A DNA stretch of 64,000 bases from Ionaspis alba (taxonomy: Eukaryota), in contig CAXUUL010000013.1 in assembly GCA_964255285.1 (NCBI GenBank), positions 1-64,000 of the forward strand. Direction: 5' to 3'. The position numbers were made by a program, and so were the translations under genes. Of the stretch, positions 27,070-40,536 are shown in pieces. Positions within the stretch are counted from its first letter, which is position 1. Every line of letters begins with the position of its first letter. A model generated the notes under the pieces. That model was not told the origin of the DNA. It did not search any database and saw nothing but the letters and a program-made list of their open reading frames with translations.

Positions 27070-27699
27070 ATCTGATATCTTGCGAGATGCTAGTATCCTA
27101 GCAGATGTATCCATCTTCTATCATGCACTTTGTGTGCTCTTCTACTACCTACCCCTTACTTACTTGCTTGCTTCGTTCTTTCCAGAACGACCAGAAATGA
27201 TATTGGTGGGGAAATCGGTGGTTTCTTCTTTGCTCTCGGTGGAAAACGTGTCTCGATGCTGAAAATGGTCTTTCCTCTAACTTGCACAGAGTTCGTACAC
27301 ATTGCTTAGTGTACGTGCCTCAATTGCTCAATAGCTCAGAATATCAAGAGCATAACAGCTCGATCGCTAAATAGCTCATGAATCAGAATACAATTGCTCA
27401 AAGCTATGCGATGAGATATCGACGTGACGTCCGTGAATCCTTGTACGCAGAATGAGACTAAGCTACTTCAAGCACGGTGCTCCAGAGAGTCCACGTGCCT
27501 CGGTATCGGCCATGCTGGTGCCAAGAGATCGAGCTGCCTGATGTCACACCAGAATTTGGAAAGTCAATACAGACAATCATCAGATAGAGTCAACCGTTAC
27601 TAGTTATGTGGAGGACCAAGTACCGGTTGTGATCATGTTCTGTCTGCTGCGGTATCAATTGCCAATCCTAGAGGCTGATAGGCACTAAATAACGCAACC

Positions 27700-29277
27700 A
27701 TGCCCCTCCCTCCGGAATATGTCCAGCTCAAGAGAAAGCGACTTGATGAACCCGTGGATTTACTCTGTGCGAATTCACAAACTACTTACAGTAACGGACT
27801 ATATAGCTAATGCCAACATAGACGTTCAGAGAGAGAGTAGAGGCAACAAGCGAAACTTCACTGAAACAGATTTCCACTTCCGACTCATTGTTGAAGAACA
27901 ATTAACCTGCACCAGACACGGTTGCACACCGCCGAATTCCACTTCCCAGCGATCCTTCAGCCGCAATAATGCGCCTCAAGTCCCTATTGTACGATCTACA
28001 GTACCCGAAAACGGCGTTACCGTGGCAGTAGAAACTGTACGGTCTACGGGTCGTGATGATCAAGTCTTAGAGTATACCGGAGCATCGACACGGTTCCAGA
28101 AGATCCCTGGACAGGAAGGTGGCGGTACGCGAAGTCCCGAGAAGCCACGAGAGACCAGAAGATTTCACCTCAGAAAGCCTGCACGAGATGCATCTCCTGT
28201 GAAACATGCAACACCCAAAGGCATACAAAAGCGAAAGAGAGGCTTGGGCGATGACCTACCCGTTTTTTCAGAGAAGAAGATACTTGGTCTACGATTGATG
28301 GCGCGCCCACAGATTGCAACAGACCAGCGTAGCTCACTTTCGGACCGTTCACGGTCCGAGGATCGCATCGAAAACGTTCCATCAGCTCATAGGAAACGTC
28401 CTATTATCACCCCAGCTGAAAAGAAATGGCGAGAGGCTAATTGGAAGCCTACCCAACAGTCTGGAAAGACGGAGATGGCAGAGAATGCTGAGGCTAACAG
28501 AGTAGGCCTGAATCCCATCCAAAAGGATGTAACATCTTTGCAACTTGCCGCACAGCTGCAACAGTTTGCCATGGAGCAAACTCCTGAACATCAAACCACC
28601 GCGCGAGCTCCAGGAACTCAGCCAGGGAGACAACCCTTGAAGCGGCAGCCGAGAAGCCCACCACCACGACGTCACGAAGGGAATGGGGACGCCATGGAGA
28701 CAGAATCAACAAGGGCTCCCGAAACCCAACCCTATCTCATGGCGCTGACGGACAAGCTTCAAGGATACTTCCATGCTCATGATATGATAGCTTGTGTTGA
28801 GAGCGATGAGGACAGTGGTGGCGAGTGGGTCACTGACACGTATGTTCGCTATCCTAACTTAGAATACGGACAAGATCAGGCACAGCCAGGTCACAAACCC
28901 AATCCTACATTATCCAACTTAAAGGATTCTGGAGCGATTGGGCTCCTGGTTATCCCAGATGAGGACGAAGAGTTATGGGAGTCTTACGCGCAGGATCAAA
29001 ATAGTGACAACGAAGTCGATAGCGATGAAGATGACGAGAATGGTGTGTTTGTCCTCCTGCTGTGGGATCTACTAATGACACGTGTATAGCTGAGGATTGG
29101 CACGGCAATGACTATCCCGACGAGGAGGTTGAATCTGACGATGAATACGGGCAGGGTGCTTACAATTACCGACAAGCTGCCTCTGATGACGAAGAGTTCG
29201 ACAATGATGCTGCATCCTGGTCGGGTGAGGATAGCGACGCGGAGAAGACATGGAAAAAAGAATTCAAACTCTCCTGA
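27700..29277 (+). CDS. IWR1: RNA polymerase II nuclear import factor Iwr1, 3 exons
   Basis: N-terminal MPLPPEYVQLKRKRLDEPVDLL; C-terminal DSDEDDEN|AEDWHGNDYPDEE motif; WVTDTYVR block. Confidence 0.88.
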
Positions 29278-29616
29278 ATTCGATAGCTATTGGACGAACA
29301 GGGGGAGTGTTTGCTTGAGGGTAGTGTAGTACAATTGTTGATCATCAATGTACAATGAGCGCTTCTCATATGCAATTTCCCCACGCTTCTGATGAAATGA
29401 ACCCAGCCCGAACCTTCAGATCAGATCGTCTGAAAGCAAATGTGCCACCAATGCATTGGGTATTGGAAGAAACAAGACGCGCGAAACTCGACCATTTTCC
29501 GGCGCCAAAAACGGAGCAAAGAAAGCAACGCCTGAACGATTCCTCCAAACAAATTGCCGTCCGTCCCATGTGTACGTTCTTCTTCATCAAGACTGATCGC
29601 GTCGCTGGGGACACGT

Positions 29617-30277
29617 TTAGCCTATACGACTTGTCAGCATCACCGATCGCAAAGGCAACGACCGCAGGAAGATTACCGTCGTGTTGTGGGCGCATCCAGG
29701 AGTACCATAAGCTTGGCAAACGACTGCGCACGCCATAGGACTTGTCAAGCGAGCCACCTCGATTTCGCTCCCGAACTCTAGGGATACCATGCGTCTCGCA
29801 ACACCGATAGTACTTGCACTGGATGCCTTGAAAGCCGCGTCGCTGTCGCTCGGGGAACTGGGCATTGTAAGCCTGCTTGACGTCGGGCCAATCCATGCCG
29901 AGGTCGACCCGATGGTACCAAATAAAGTATTCTTCTTCCTGTTGGTACGTGGGCCTGAACTCGCGACGCTCTCTGCCGATGGGTGAGGTTCGCATGTTCG
30001 GTGAAGTCCGCATGTTTGGTGAGCGCGAGGTTGTTGAGGATCTTGAGGAAGGCCGTCTGTTATTATGTGGTTGAGAGTGGATTGTTTGCCGGTAATCTCC
30101 TTCTCTGGAGTCTCCACTTGTACTGCTTCCTCTGCTGTGATTACCTGTGCTCACAGTGCTCTGAGAGTGGCAAGCACTATCATCGTCCGGATTCAGCACA
30201 CTGTCGATAGCCATTCGCCGGCGTTGACTATCATTGCTGCTGTATGAACGATTGCTCGCAGAACCCATTGAAGACAT
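29617..30277 (-). CDS. Small Myb/SANT-like helix-turn-helix protein (~201 aa), putative transcription regulator
   Basis: YQQEEEYFIWYHRVDLGMDWPDVKQAYNAQFPERQRRGFQGIQCKYYR; MAIDSVLN motif; likely intron 29676-29622 (GTAATC...CTGAC...TAG) giving a 5-nt last exon GCTAA. Confidence 0.7.
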
Positions 30278-33200
30278 TGTGCATAAAGAAAATGAACAGA
30301 TGTTTTAATTTGAGGAAGAACTTGTGGGTAATAACTTTTTTTGGGCTTAGAGATGGATCAGATATAAGAGCTGGACGAGGGGAGGCGGATTGGAGTCATC
30401 CCGAAAAGGTACTGATGACCTCCATTTGTAGGATTTTGAGAGATCCGCCGCACCAGGGAATAGCAACAGTGCTGGCAGGGGTCTTCGGGGCGCACAGCGC
30501 TTGATTTACGCGCCGCCGCATCACGCCGCTTATTTGCAGGCTGTGGGACTAGGTCAAGGATTGCAAGTTGGCCAGGGTTGAGAGGCTCTTGGGTTGAATG
30601 AAGTGCGCCACATTCGCAGCCGTTTCATTAGCTCTTAGCCGTCCATCTAGTTGGTGAGACTGCAGATTACTCGTTCGTATGAAATCTAGGCCGTCATCGT
30701 TCGAATGGGGAACGGACGGCTCCTTATCAAACGTAATCAGCTTGTTGTTGTCTCGAGCAGTCATTCATCCTTACCCTCCATGCAATCTGGCATCATTTTC
30801 GGAAAGACGGTATCAGCAGTATTGCATTTCACTCCAGTCTTGTTTATAGGACGAGAATGGATCACCTCACCCCCGGGGTCCCTAGTACGTATCCTTGAGA
30901 CTATTCTTGAATCGACTGCAGCCCAACATTGCGGGTCTCTTCCCAAGCCATGCAGTCTTCCCTGCCTTCGTTGCCTCTCGAGGTAATCAAGGCGCTTATT
31001 GAAACCGTTGTCAATGGAGATTAGGCAGTAGGGAGCACGATCGCGTGAGTGAGTCTGGCAGATCTTCTTCTGGAGGCCACGCCGTACAGCTCACTCTTCT
31101 CTAAATGCTCCCACCGTGCAGCAGCTGAGCTGCAACCTGTGGCCTGAACCCCACCAAGGTAACGTACCTGCCTGTTGACGGATTTGCAGATCATGTAGTT
31201 ACCAATGAATTGCACATCTAGGTCTCCTGGAGGAAATTAGTGGCCTAGCCGAAAAGGCACTACTCCGCGACCTGCACTATGGCTCGGCTCATCCGTCTTT
31301 CCCGTGGCTGGGGCCAAAATACCAAATCAAATAAGACCCAATCGTATGCTCAGCATTCATTCTATCCGGCGGACTAGCCTAGCAGACCCGCAACTTCCCT
31401 GTTGGTAAGACGGGCAATCTTGCCTCACCCGATTTTTTAAGCTTCCGTCAAAGCCGCTCGCAAAACCCGACTAAGCCGCTCCACTTCCAACTCAAGGATG
31501 GATGGATCTGAGGGCGGCAAATAACTTGTAGCTGAGCTAATCGGTACTCTAACGCTTCGCCTAGAGAATAACTTCGTGCGGTTCAGTGGTGCCGGCCGCT
31601 TGGTCCAGCCGCGATGCTCCGTTTGTGATTGGTCCTTTGAAGACGCCAACAATGCAACCAGTAGAACTAGCTCGACCTGCCCGCATTGAGCGTGGATCAC
31701 GTGTGGGAGTAGATTGCTAATCACAACTCTTCATGAAGGATGGTGGTCGTGGCATTGGTAGTGGCCCCCGGAACAGAACAGTACAAGGGGTCCACTGTCT
31801 GTGACGATTTCAGACGCAAGGCAACCCTCGCGGCTGCCTCTCAGAAATCCCTCAAGCTAAAGTAGAAGATTGACACCTTCCACGTAGCTAGTCGAACCTG
31901 ATCGATTGGACATGGACCACGGACTCGACGAACTCCAGGGCTGTGAAAGTGGATGCAGTGCCTACGCTAATATATGCAAGTCTTCGCGCGAGCGAATCTG
32001 CACCAAGCTAAGCGCCCGGAAAATCAGCCATTGAGAGATGGTGCCAAGGCTACGCTAAGATCCTGACGTATCAGAAACCCTTGTCTTTCTCCCACACTGC
32101 ATTAGATCAGCCCTAGCAGCTAAATCTCTATGGAGAGAGTACTGCCTCGAATAAGACCGGCTGAACTCTCGTCCTGACCACTTCGTCCTCTGGATTGATA
32201 CACAACGAGATTCTGAAGGGAAGGAGGCAGCGCACGAGAGGAGAGATCCTTCAAGAATCCATTGTTGATGTTCCTAAAAACAATCATACAGCGGATGTGC
32301 AAACATCCGGTCCCCTCGCTCCGTCTCAATGCAACAACGTCGAGGGGACAAGGAACAGAGAGCAATGAGGTGGGCAGAAATTCAACGAGGCCGGCAGATG
32401 CAGTCACAGCCGCGACGCTGTCCCCGGAGCAGTCGGTGTAATATTCATCCATCGAGGGACTTTCAAACACAAACCATCAGGAAGCTAGGTCTCAAATGTG
32501 AAAAGATTCTCCCTCATGCGAGGATATCAGCATTGTTATCCAAAAGGTTCAATCCCACATTATCTCAAGGCACTTCGCTACCTGTTTGTGTTTAGTCATG
32601 CCCCGCAGCAATGCCAAGACGCGTCTATCTTAAGCGGCTCTTGATCCCTTCCTCCGCTCGGCACAAACAATCGCGCGTTTGCCTTGCATGCACGGACTGT
32701 CAGCAGGGAGAAATAGACGTCCGATCTTCAGCCAGTTTTTGATTCTGCACGTACGTATCCAACGCATTTTTCTCGCCTCATGAGAAGGCTGCATGTCCAC
32801 GACTTGACCACACTGCACCATTTCTCAGGACTGGACAGCCACGGCGTTAGATCCATGCGACTGATCAGCCGTACGCTGATCGCACTGTCAAATATCAAAT
32901 AGCCAGAGTTAGCCTGTTTGCTCCGCTGGCGGTCTTGTGTGACTCCATCCTGCAAGTCTTGCTTTCCCAAACCTCGAAACCTTCAGCTGCTCCGGGATAG
33001 TCATCCATAGTGCAGCCATCATAATGCATGCCTCATCTTCGGTCATGAAAGTTATTGCCTAGAATTGACTAATTGTTTTGGTCATGGGATGATCGAAGTC
33101 CTGCAAAGGCCAACCCGGCCAACGTTTGGCTCCGTATTGTTTGGAGCGATTGCACTGTAATCCTGTGATTGAGTAGAACAATTGTCATTGCCTTTCGTAT

Positions 33201-35882
33201 CCAACTCTCCGTGCAGTTGGTGGTGTCGCCTGGCTTGCCTTGAGACGACCCCCGCTGCAGCTATGCTCGTGAACCCACTCCCGTCGACCGCCATGCGCTA
33301 ATCATTTAGCTTGAAGAATCACCATGCATGGTGCTTATGTTCTCAGCCAAGTATGATCGAGTCTTCACCCCCGTTTTTGCTTATGGCCCCCACGCAGCAA
33401 GGTTCGCCTCGACGAATCGATAAGCAGCTCTCACCAGCGGGAGATAAGATGATTGTTCGCGCATTGCATACTTTCTCACATGCAGGATCTCGGTTGAAAA
33501 CCGAGTTACAATGCATTGTCCCATTTACCGACATGGTCTTGAAGCTCCTTTGCAGGTAAAGGAGTTTTTCTTGGAAATCTACGTTCAAGGATCACGTCCA
33601 CACAGGCTTCAGCCTTGTGAAGACAGTCCTTGTACAGCCACGGCCTAATTTTAAGGCGGCCGAAACCTTTGATCGAGACTGTCGCGGCCCGACGGTCAGA
33701 TTTCTTCAACCTTTAGCCGATCTCGCTTTTCTTGAGTGTTGCATCCGGATTTGTTGCAATAGATTCTGAGCTTGATGCGCGCTTTGATCCTGACTTTCGA
33801 CAAAACGACTCGTGTGGTCGGGTTCGCTGTATATACTACGTTCCTCGTGCAGTCAACCGTTTTCACTTGCGCCGATATGATCTGTCGACAAAGTATCCCA
33901 GCTGTAGTGGAACCATCACTGCGAACGTCTCCACCGGCTTGAAGGATGAATGACGCTAGAGAACCTCGCCTGCCAGTCTTTTATCCATGTTTCTCGCGCG
34001 AATTGCAATCACACCGACCGACGAGTCGCTTGTACTCGTAAGCCTCGTTGGTGGCCTTACTGAAGAAAATTGCTGAACCAGCGTCAGCATTTGTAAGCTA
34101 ATCCTTGAGCAAGATCGACATTAATCAAAATTTCCTCAGCGTGCAGAAGAGGAAGCCCTTGCACCCACTGTTCGCAACCCTGGAGAGCTAAGCTTAGTCC
34201 GGCCTTGCTTGCGAAGACTAGATCCCTCCCTGCACTGCAACCCGCAACCTGATGCAAATCCTCAGCATATGCATCCTTAAAGATATTGCCCTTCTCAACA
34301 GTATCCTATCGCATCTACGTCAAGACTCTACATAGCTTGTCCTCTGTCAGCCTTACTTCCATTGAGTCTCCAATTTGAAAGTGTGCTTCCATTGGCCGGC
34401 TCGGCTGTGTATGGCCTGAACCTTACTCTTCTTGGATTCAGACTTCCTCAACTCTAGCTCCGACTCCGACTCTGACTCCGATGACAGAGTAATGATTCCG
34501 AGACACCCGCGATGAGCTTCTAGCTTACGTCCATGGGAAAGTGAACCTCAGCGTCCTCGCCGATCTCATCTCACCCTTGAATGGCCAATACACCCTTTGT
34601 ACGGTCACACCAAAAGCGAGTCCGCTCTTCGCATTCTTAGCCAAGCGCAAACAAGATGCTTTCGATATAGAAGCAAGCGCGAACGAAAGGAGCCTCTCTT
34701 TGCATCTCCGATCCCCGTAGTCATTTCTCTTTCTTCAATTACCAACTTCGCAAATCCCTCTCGGAGCTACTTTCTCAAAGCGCCCCATCCTCTAGCTTTG
34801 AGCATCAAGGCTTCCGTCATGACAGCACATCAAGTCGCAAAAGCAACCCTTCCTCCGAATCCATTACTCTCAGCTCTCCCGCTCAGATCCAGGCCCTCAG
34901 ACCATCCCCCACTCGCCTCGAGTCCCCTTCTCTACGACCCACCAATCCTCCCCCGCAGCCAATCTCCATCCCGCGCTACACGAGCCATCCAGCCCGCAGG
35001 CATGCATACACCCGTCCATGCATGACGCATGCAGCGTACATCTGCAATGCCGTGAAGAATACCCTACTGTGCTTGCCTGACACCTGCGTTGTGTTGGCCT
35101 TACGTGCCTTATCTGCTCTCTACCGACGCTTGCGCATAGACGGATGAATGTGGGCTTGCTGACTGTACTGCACCTTATAAGGCGGCCGGCTAGCCACACG
35201 TACGTTTGCGCTAAAGAGGTGGCTTGCATAGAGAATTGCAAGTGGTCGAGGTGGTGGGAGGTGGGTGTGCTGACCACCTTCGATGGGCGGCCTAGGCGGG
35301 AAGAGGAAGGGTGAGTCGGAGAGGGAAGGAGGGGGTCGCTTTACTGGCTGAGTTACGGGAGGCTGGCATGGGGGCTTTTGGCGGATAGGTAGGGGATGAG
35401 GAAGGGGACCGAGAAAGACGAGGAGGGAAAAGAGGATGTTGGGGGCCAAGAGGAAGAAGCGCTGTGAGGATTGGGATAAGATATGAATGGTGCGCTACTC
35501 TGGATAGAAGGAGGTCGTGCACGTAAGTTACACTCGAGGATGAGGCTGAAGGTTCAAATAGGGGTATCACAGAAGAGGTGTGTGACTTTTGACGTGACTG
35601 CAATTGAATGCGGCTTTTGCGCATCCTATTCTGTATGCAACAGGATTCGGGTGCACTGAGCATCGACAAGTGTAGTTAGATCCTCCATTTGCCATAGGAA
35701 TCTGCACAATGATAGCTCGTCAGCTGGGAAAATAGAAATCCTCATCGTTAAGAGACCCCAATTTAGAGTGTTGAGCATTACGCTCGTCACTCGTCTTTTG
35801 TTCTGCGAGAAGCTTTAGTAGCAGAAATTGTTGGCTCATCCATTCGTTCTTGCAAGATTGCAACGGTAGTACCTGATCATAC

Positions 35883-38204
35883 TCAGTCGAAGTGAACACC
35901 CGTAGCTGTAGCACATCTATCGCACGATTTTAGAATTTGTAATCCACCTCGAAAAGATATGTGTGGCAGACTTACGGGTCCTCCCCAAATTTGATATTAC
36001 AAGGCTCCCAGTCCGCATCTCGGGCTATCATCGCCTTGAAGCTCACAGCATCACCAATATCGCAGAATCGGAAATCGATCAAGCGGTGCTGTCACTCAAT
36101 GAGCTCCTCTGATCAACAGTAATAATTTGAGGAACCAAACATACCCCCGTAGAGCTCTTCCCGTCCTCAATGTGCTCGACCCTGCGATTCTTACTTTCTG
36201 CCAACCTTTTCAGGTCATCTGAACTCCAGTGGTCATCCGCGCCGATTACGCGAATGCTACGGGTAAAGCCTTGCTCGATGTAGCCTTTTAGAAGACCACC
36301 GATAACGTCCACATCCTTGGAGAGCTCGACGTAGACAAACAGCTCTTCTCCCCCTTTCTTCCCATATACCAGTCCATTCGAAGTTGCATCGTAGAATTTC
36401 ATGCAGTCGTTATGATCCAGAAAGCGTACAGAGGCCATGCTGGAAGTCACTATGATGTTCTCAAGAGCGCCACCGTAGACAAGGGAAGCAACAAATTTGG
36501 GAGTCACATTGTCTGGTAGCCTCGTGAGAATTACCTTGCGGACTTGAGAAGCTATACGATGTGGGTGAGTGTCNNNNNNNNNNNNNNNNNNNNNNNNNNN
36601 NNNNNNNNNNNNNNNNNNNNNNNNNNNNNNNNNNNNNNNNNNNNNNNNNNNNNNNNNNNNNNNNNNNNNNNNNCGTCTGGAGGACTGGTAGAGACTATGA
36701 GCTTTGCTTTCTCGCCCTGTGGAGGAATTCCGTTCTTCAAATGAGCCGGCAGTCTCAGGTGAGGAGGAAGATTTGCATCATCAGCTGCAGTCCATCGGAG
36801 TTTCTCGGCGCTAACGGGACGGCTCTTCGCACTCAGTCGTTTCTTACTCGATGCTGCAGAAGTCTCAAATGCTACCCGCTTTTCTCCGTCCCTGAATGGC
36901 TCCTTGGGACGCATAGCCATCAACTCAGATTGGGAGTAGGACAACGCTGGAGGTATGTGAGGTCGAGGGGTAGAGGGTCGAACTGTAGGAACGACGGTCT
37001 CTTCTGAAGATGTCCTTTCAAGTCGGGAGGTACCTGAAGAAGAGCAAAAACTTCGAGAGGACTGGAAGGCCATAATCTTCGCCTGCATCTCATCCACAAT
37101 AGACGTGGAGGCTGGAGGTGCAGTATTGTGTTTCGGACGAGCTGGACTCGCAGTACGCTCTTTCTCAGTGGCTTCATTCTTTTGCTCTTCTGCAGCATCA
37201 TCCGCTCGGCTTGACTCTTCCGAAGACTCCCATGTGTCGATCGACGGATCATGCCACGGATCTTCGACTTGAGATACTACCTGTTCAGTCTGCCACTGCG
37301 TTTGTGGAAGCAGATCCGTCTTTCCGTTATCATGTGGCGTTCTTTGTGGGGCGCCTTCCTTCTCGCAGTCCTCTCCTACTTGACCTTGTGTTGGTTTCTC
37401 CTCAAAGGACAATTTCAACCCTTCTTCGTCGTGGTGGACATGAGCTACGTGGTTGGTGTATGAGCTTGTGTTGGTGGAATTAAGGGGAGGGTTTCTGCTT
37501 GCGATAACGAATGACTGTCGTGCAAAGGACTCGTTTCGCTGACGCTTAGCTGCATCAGACAATTTGTGGTTGGGTGTAGTAAAGTAGACTGGCGCAGTAT
37601 TAGAGCTCCCTGAACGTCTTCTGTTCAATGGAGACAGTCGCTGAGGAGCAAATCTGCTGTCTCCTAGCCCGACCGGTCTTGACTTGTCAGCAAGCACCTT
37701 TCCAAGCTGTGTTCCAACAATCTCTTCAATGTCGTCCCCATCTTGGTGACCGTCATGAGCTGAAGTTTCTGGTGTTGACGGCGGCGCGCGCAATCCACTG
37801 AGCTGCGGGCTCTGAAGCTGCCTGCTCACAGCACTGTCTGCATCAGGCGGAACGGGTGCTCCTGTCCGATGGCCGTTCCACGACCCGTCGTGTTGCATCG
37901 TCGGGCTGAGATCTTGGGTGCCGATACCGAAGCAGTCTTTGAGCAATGAAGGCAATGGCTCTCCATGCTTCTCGGGTGATTGCATCATCTTCTGAGAAGT
38001 CATTGTTACCGAGGTTTCTGTATTGCCCAGAGTTTCCAGGTCGGCGTTCTCAGTAATGGGGGATGCAACGGTCGATACAGCGGGACTACGCAACGTTGTT
38101 GAAGGTGAATGGCCATACCTGCCGTCAGTGAATCTGCCGGCGACATTACTCATGGCTTCCATAAAGCGCCTGATGTTGTCTTTGTCATCCACTATATGCG
38201 CCAT
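35883..38204 (-). CDS. Protein with long disordered N-terminus and C-terminal RRM-like domains (spans an assembly gap)
   Basis: After the gap: RKVILTRLPDNVTPKFVASLVYGGALENI...ASVRF; second unit TRSIRV...FRFCDIGDAVSFK...CNIKFGEDP|C; the start codon is uncertain. Confidence 0.7.
36574..36673. other. Assembly gap (100 N placeholder)
   Basis: Run of exactly 100 N inside a CDS. Confidence 0.99.
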
Positions 38205-38676
38205 TTCTGCAGAGCTCGTTGGATGATGGGAAACCTTCGTGCTTGATCCTAGACACCTTCCGGTCACAATAAGCAGACCTCACTTGGATCCTGCAAAGCT
38301 TACAAAATGGAGAACACGCGATGTCTGCAGCACAGAATGTCAAAATCGAAGGCACAAAGTACTGCTGGGCAGTCCAATGTATCCGCTATTGATGAACGTC
38401 GATGAACGTGCGGCGAGATGCAAATGGTCCGTTGCTTGACAAAACGGGTATCGACTAGCTTAGCAGGAACCCGATAGCCGAAAGCAAACATTCAGAACCT
38501 TATTCACTTCGAATTGTTTGGAGGCAGCACAACACATGAAAACGGTCCAGCAAGGTGATGTAAGTATTCCTATACTGTCACAGTTATGAAAACATGATAC
38601 TGCAACCACCATTGAAGGCCAACGGGTATCCGGCAAGGGAACAGATCCACAAGAAATGCCATTGTCAAAACCATAA

Positions 38677-40293
38677 TCAATATAAACGCCCTCCAGGGGG
38701 TATTGGAGTATTCATCCAATTCTTATCCTGCTCTCTAGGTTCGTCGAGCAGGACCTGCATCTCCCGTACACCACAGAACATGCCACTCCGCCCAATTCTA
38801 TTGGTAAGTTGCCACGATCCATTGCCCGCCAAATCCGAATCGTGGATCCAAATCTCATCCTCATATTCTTGTCCTTCTTCAATAGTACGAATAGGATTGT
38901 AAGTAGGCAATTCTTTCAAGACTGTGGAAATTGATTGCACAATACTGTATAGACGTTCAAAACGACGTACAAAGTCCTGCCACCAGAGGTGCTGGTATTT
39001 GTAAGCAACTCGAATATATGGATTCATGTAGACCCCCGAATCGTCGTTTCGATTCTGACGCTGAGCGACTTGTTGTACGTCAGCTAAGATAAGACAGCAT
39101 TCGCAAGCATCAAAGTAGACTTCCGGCTCTGCACGAAAGCGTACTGGGAGTGAGACTGGCTCTGGATTCGCTGGGGAAATCGTGTGCAGACTGAGATTCT
39201 GGAGTCCATGATCGACTGCTTGCTCCGATGCCTGCAAGTACTTGGCGTCGAAAGCCACCATTCCACCCCAGCAACTCCTCACCCGGACAGCATCTTTCTG
39301 GTTCAGTACGTCCTGTCGGCTCAGGCCACGGCCAGCACCGGAAAACCATGGGTAGAATATGTCGCCCATACTATAGCCATCGAGATCCCGCGTGGCGTAT
39401 GGATCGTAGAACTTGAAGATCTGCTCAAAGTCGACAGAGCAAGCAGCCAGATAATCGGTCTTTCCGTTTTCACCGATATTGGTAGAAAACAGGAGCTGGG
39501 CAACATCTGCCGGGTGGAAAAATATATCGTTCATAATGAGGACCTTGTCGTAAATGGTTCCTGTTGGGTCGTCGAGAGGTCGAAGAGCCCTATTGCGCAT
39601 GTCGGAGAGATAGGTGATACGTTTCAACCGCGTCGATCCATCTTGTAGCATGATGCGGGGAAGGTGTTCTCTGGAGGTATTCAACTCAGCGACAATTTCG
39701 TGTTGACATGGAACTCGTGTCTTCAGTATCTCCAGAGCATCTGCGGCGGCCTGGCCGCTGTCATTCTCATAGATACTGAGGAAGACATTATCGTGTCCAA
39801 GCAAGCCAATCAGCTCGATAAGGAGCTGACCCCACTTCCCACCAGCGAGATGACCTTCTTTATCATAGAGACTGATTGATATGAAGATCTTCTCATTCAG
39901 AGGATTGGCACGTCCGATGTCCTGGGATGCCTTGATTCGGGCATCCAGAGCTTTGTAATGAGGTGGGCGATTTGTGTACGAAGGCCGGAAAATTCCCGTA
40001 AAGACAATGAGCGCAAACACTAGGCCAAATGTCCATCGTAATAGAAGGCCGAACAGATAGAATGCGCGACGTCTTCGAGTACGGGGTACGGTGAATAGTC
40101 GTTTGATCCGAAGAGGGGAGAGTGCTCGAAGGGACTTCGGTAGCAGCCGAGCACTACCGCGACGAGCGGAGGGTGCACTACTGAACCTGGGGTCCTGCGC
40201 TTGGTATTCGGCCTCTTCCAAATCGTATGAGCCGGTCGGAGATTCTGGAGCTAGTAACCCATGTTGCTCGATAGGCACGAGTCGAATAGACAT
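38677..40293 (-). CDS. CAP59-like alpha-1,3-mannosyltransferase (GT69), type II membrane protein
   Basis: Single N-terminal TM; NVFLSIYENDS, RITYLSDMRNRALRPL, MNDIFF, ACSVDF, FYDPYATRD, VRSCWGGMVAFDA, ECCLILAD. Confidence 0.92.
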   Translation of the reverse strand: MSIRLVPIEQHGLLAPESPTGSYDLEEAEYQAQDPRFSSAPSARRGSARLLPKSLRALSPLRIKRLFTVPRTRRRRAFYLFGLLLRWTFGLVFALIVFTGIFRPSYTNRPPHYKALDARIKASQDIGRANPLNEKIFISISLYDKEGHLAGGKWGQLLIELIGLLGHDNVFLSIYENDSGQAAADALEILKTRVPCQHEIVAELNTSREHLPRIMLQDGSTRLKRITYLSDMRNRALRPLDDPTGTIYDKVLIMNDIFFHPADVAQLLFSTNIGENGKTDYLAACSVDFEQIFKFYDPYATRDLDGYSMGDIFYPWFSGAGRGLSRQDVLNQKDAVRVRSCWGGMVAFDAKYLQASEQAVDHGLQNLSLHTISPANPEPVSLPVRFRAEPEVYFDACECCLILADVQQVAQRQNRNDDSGVYMNPYIRVAYKYQHLWWQDFVRRFERLYSIVQSISTVLKELPTYNPIRTIEEGQEYEDEIWIHDSDLAGNGSWQLTNRIGRSGMFCGVREMQVLLDEPREQDKNWMNTPIPPGGRLY

Positions 40294-40536
40294 GATGATT
40301 CGAAGTGAAGGTGAGGAAGTGAGCAGGATACATGACTTTGTTTGAAAGAACTGGAGAGCTGAGGCTTCCTTTCTGAATCCTGATTGTTTTGCCTTACGTA
40401 CTCCTCCACTCATCTCCTGCGACGAAAAGTAGCGCCAAGCCTGTCAGGGGCACAGGTAGCCCGGATTAAACATTTTCCTTTCTGCCCTGGTCTACTCTCC
40501 AGGCATTGGCGCGTCGAGTGGGAGATCTAACGCGAC

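Noticed and set aside
36507..36673. Apparent frameshifts or split genes at the RRM-like gene and DNA ligase
   Set aside because: Caused by fixed-length 100-N gap placeholders and introns, not pseudogenisation
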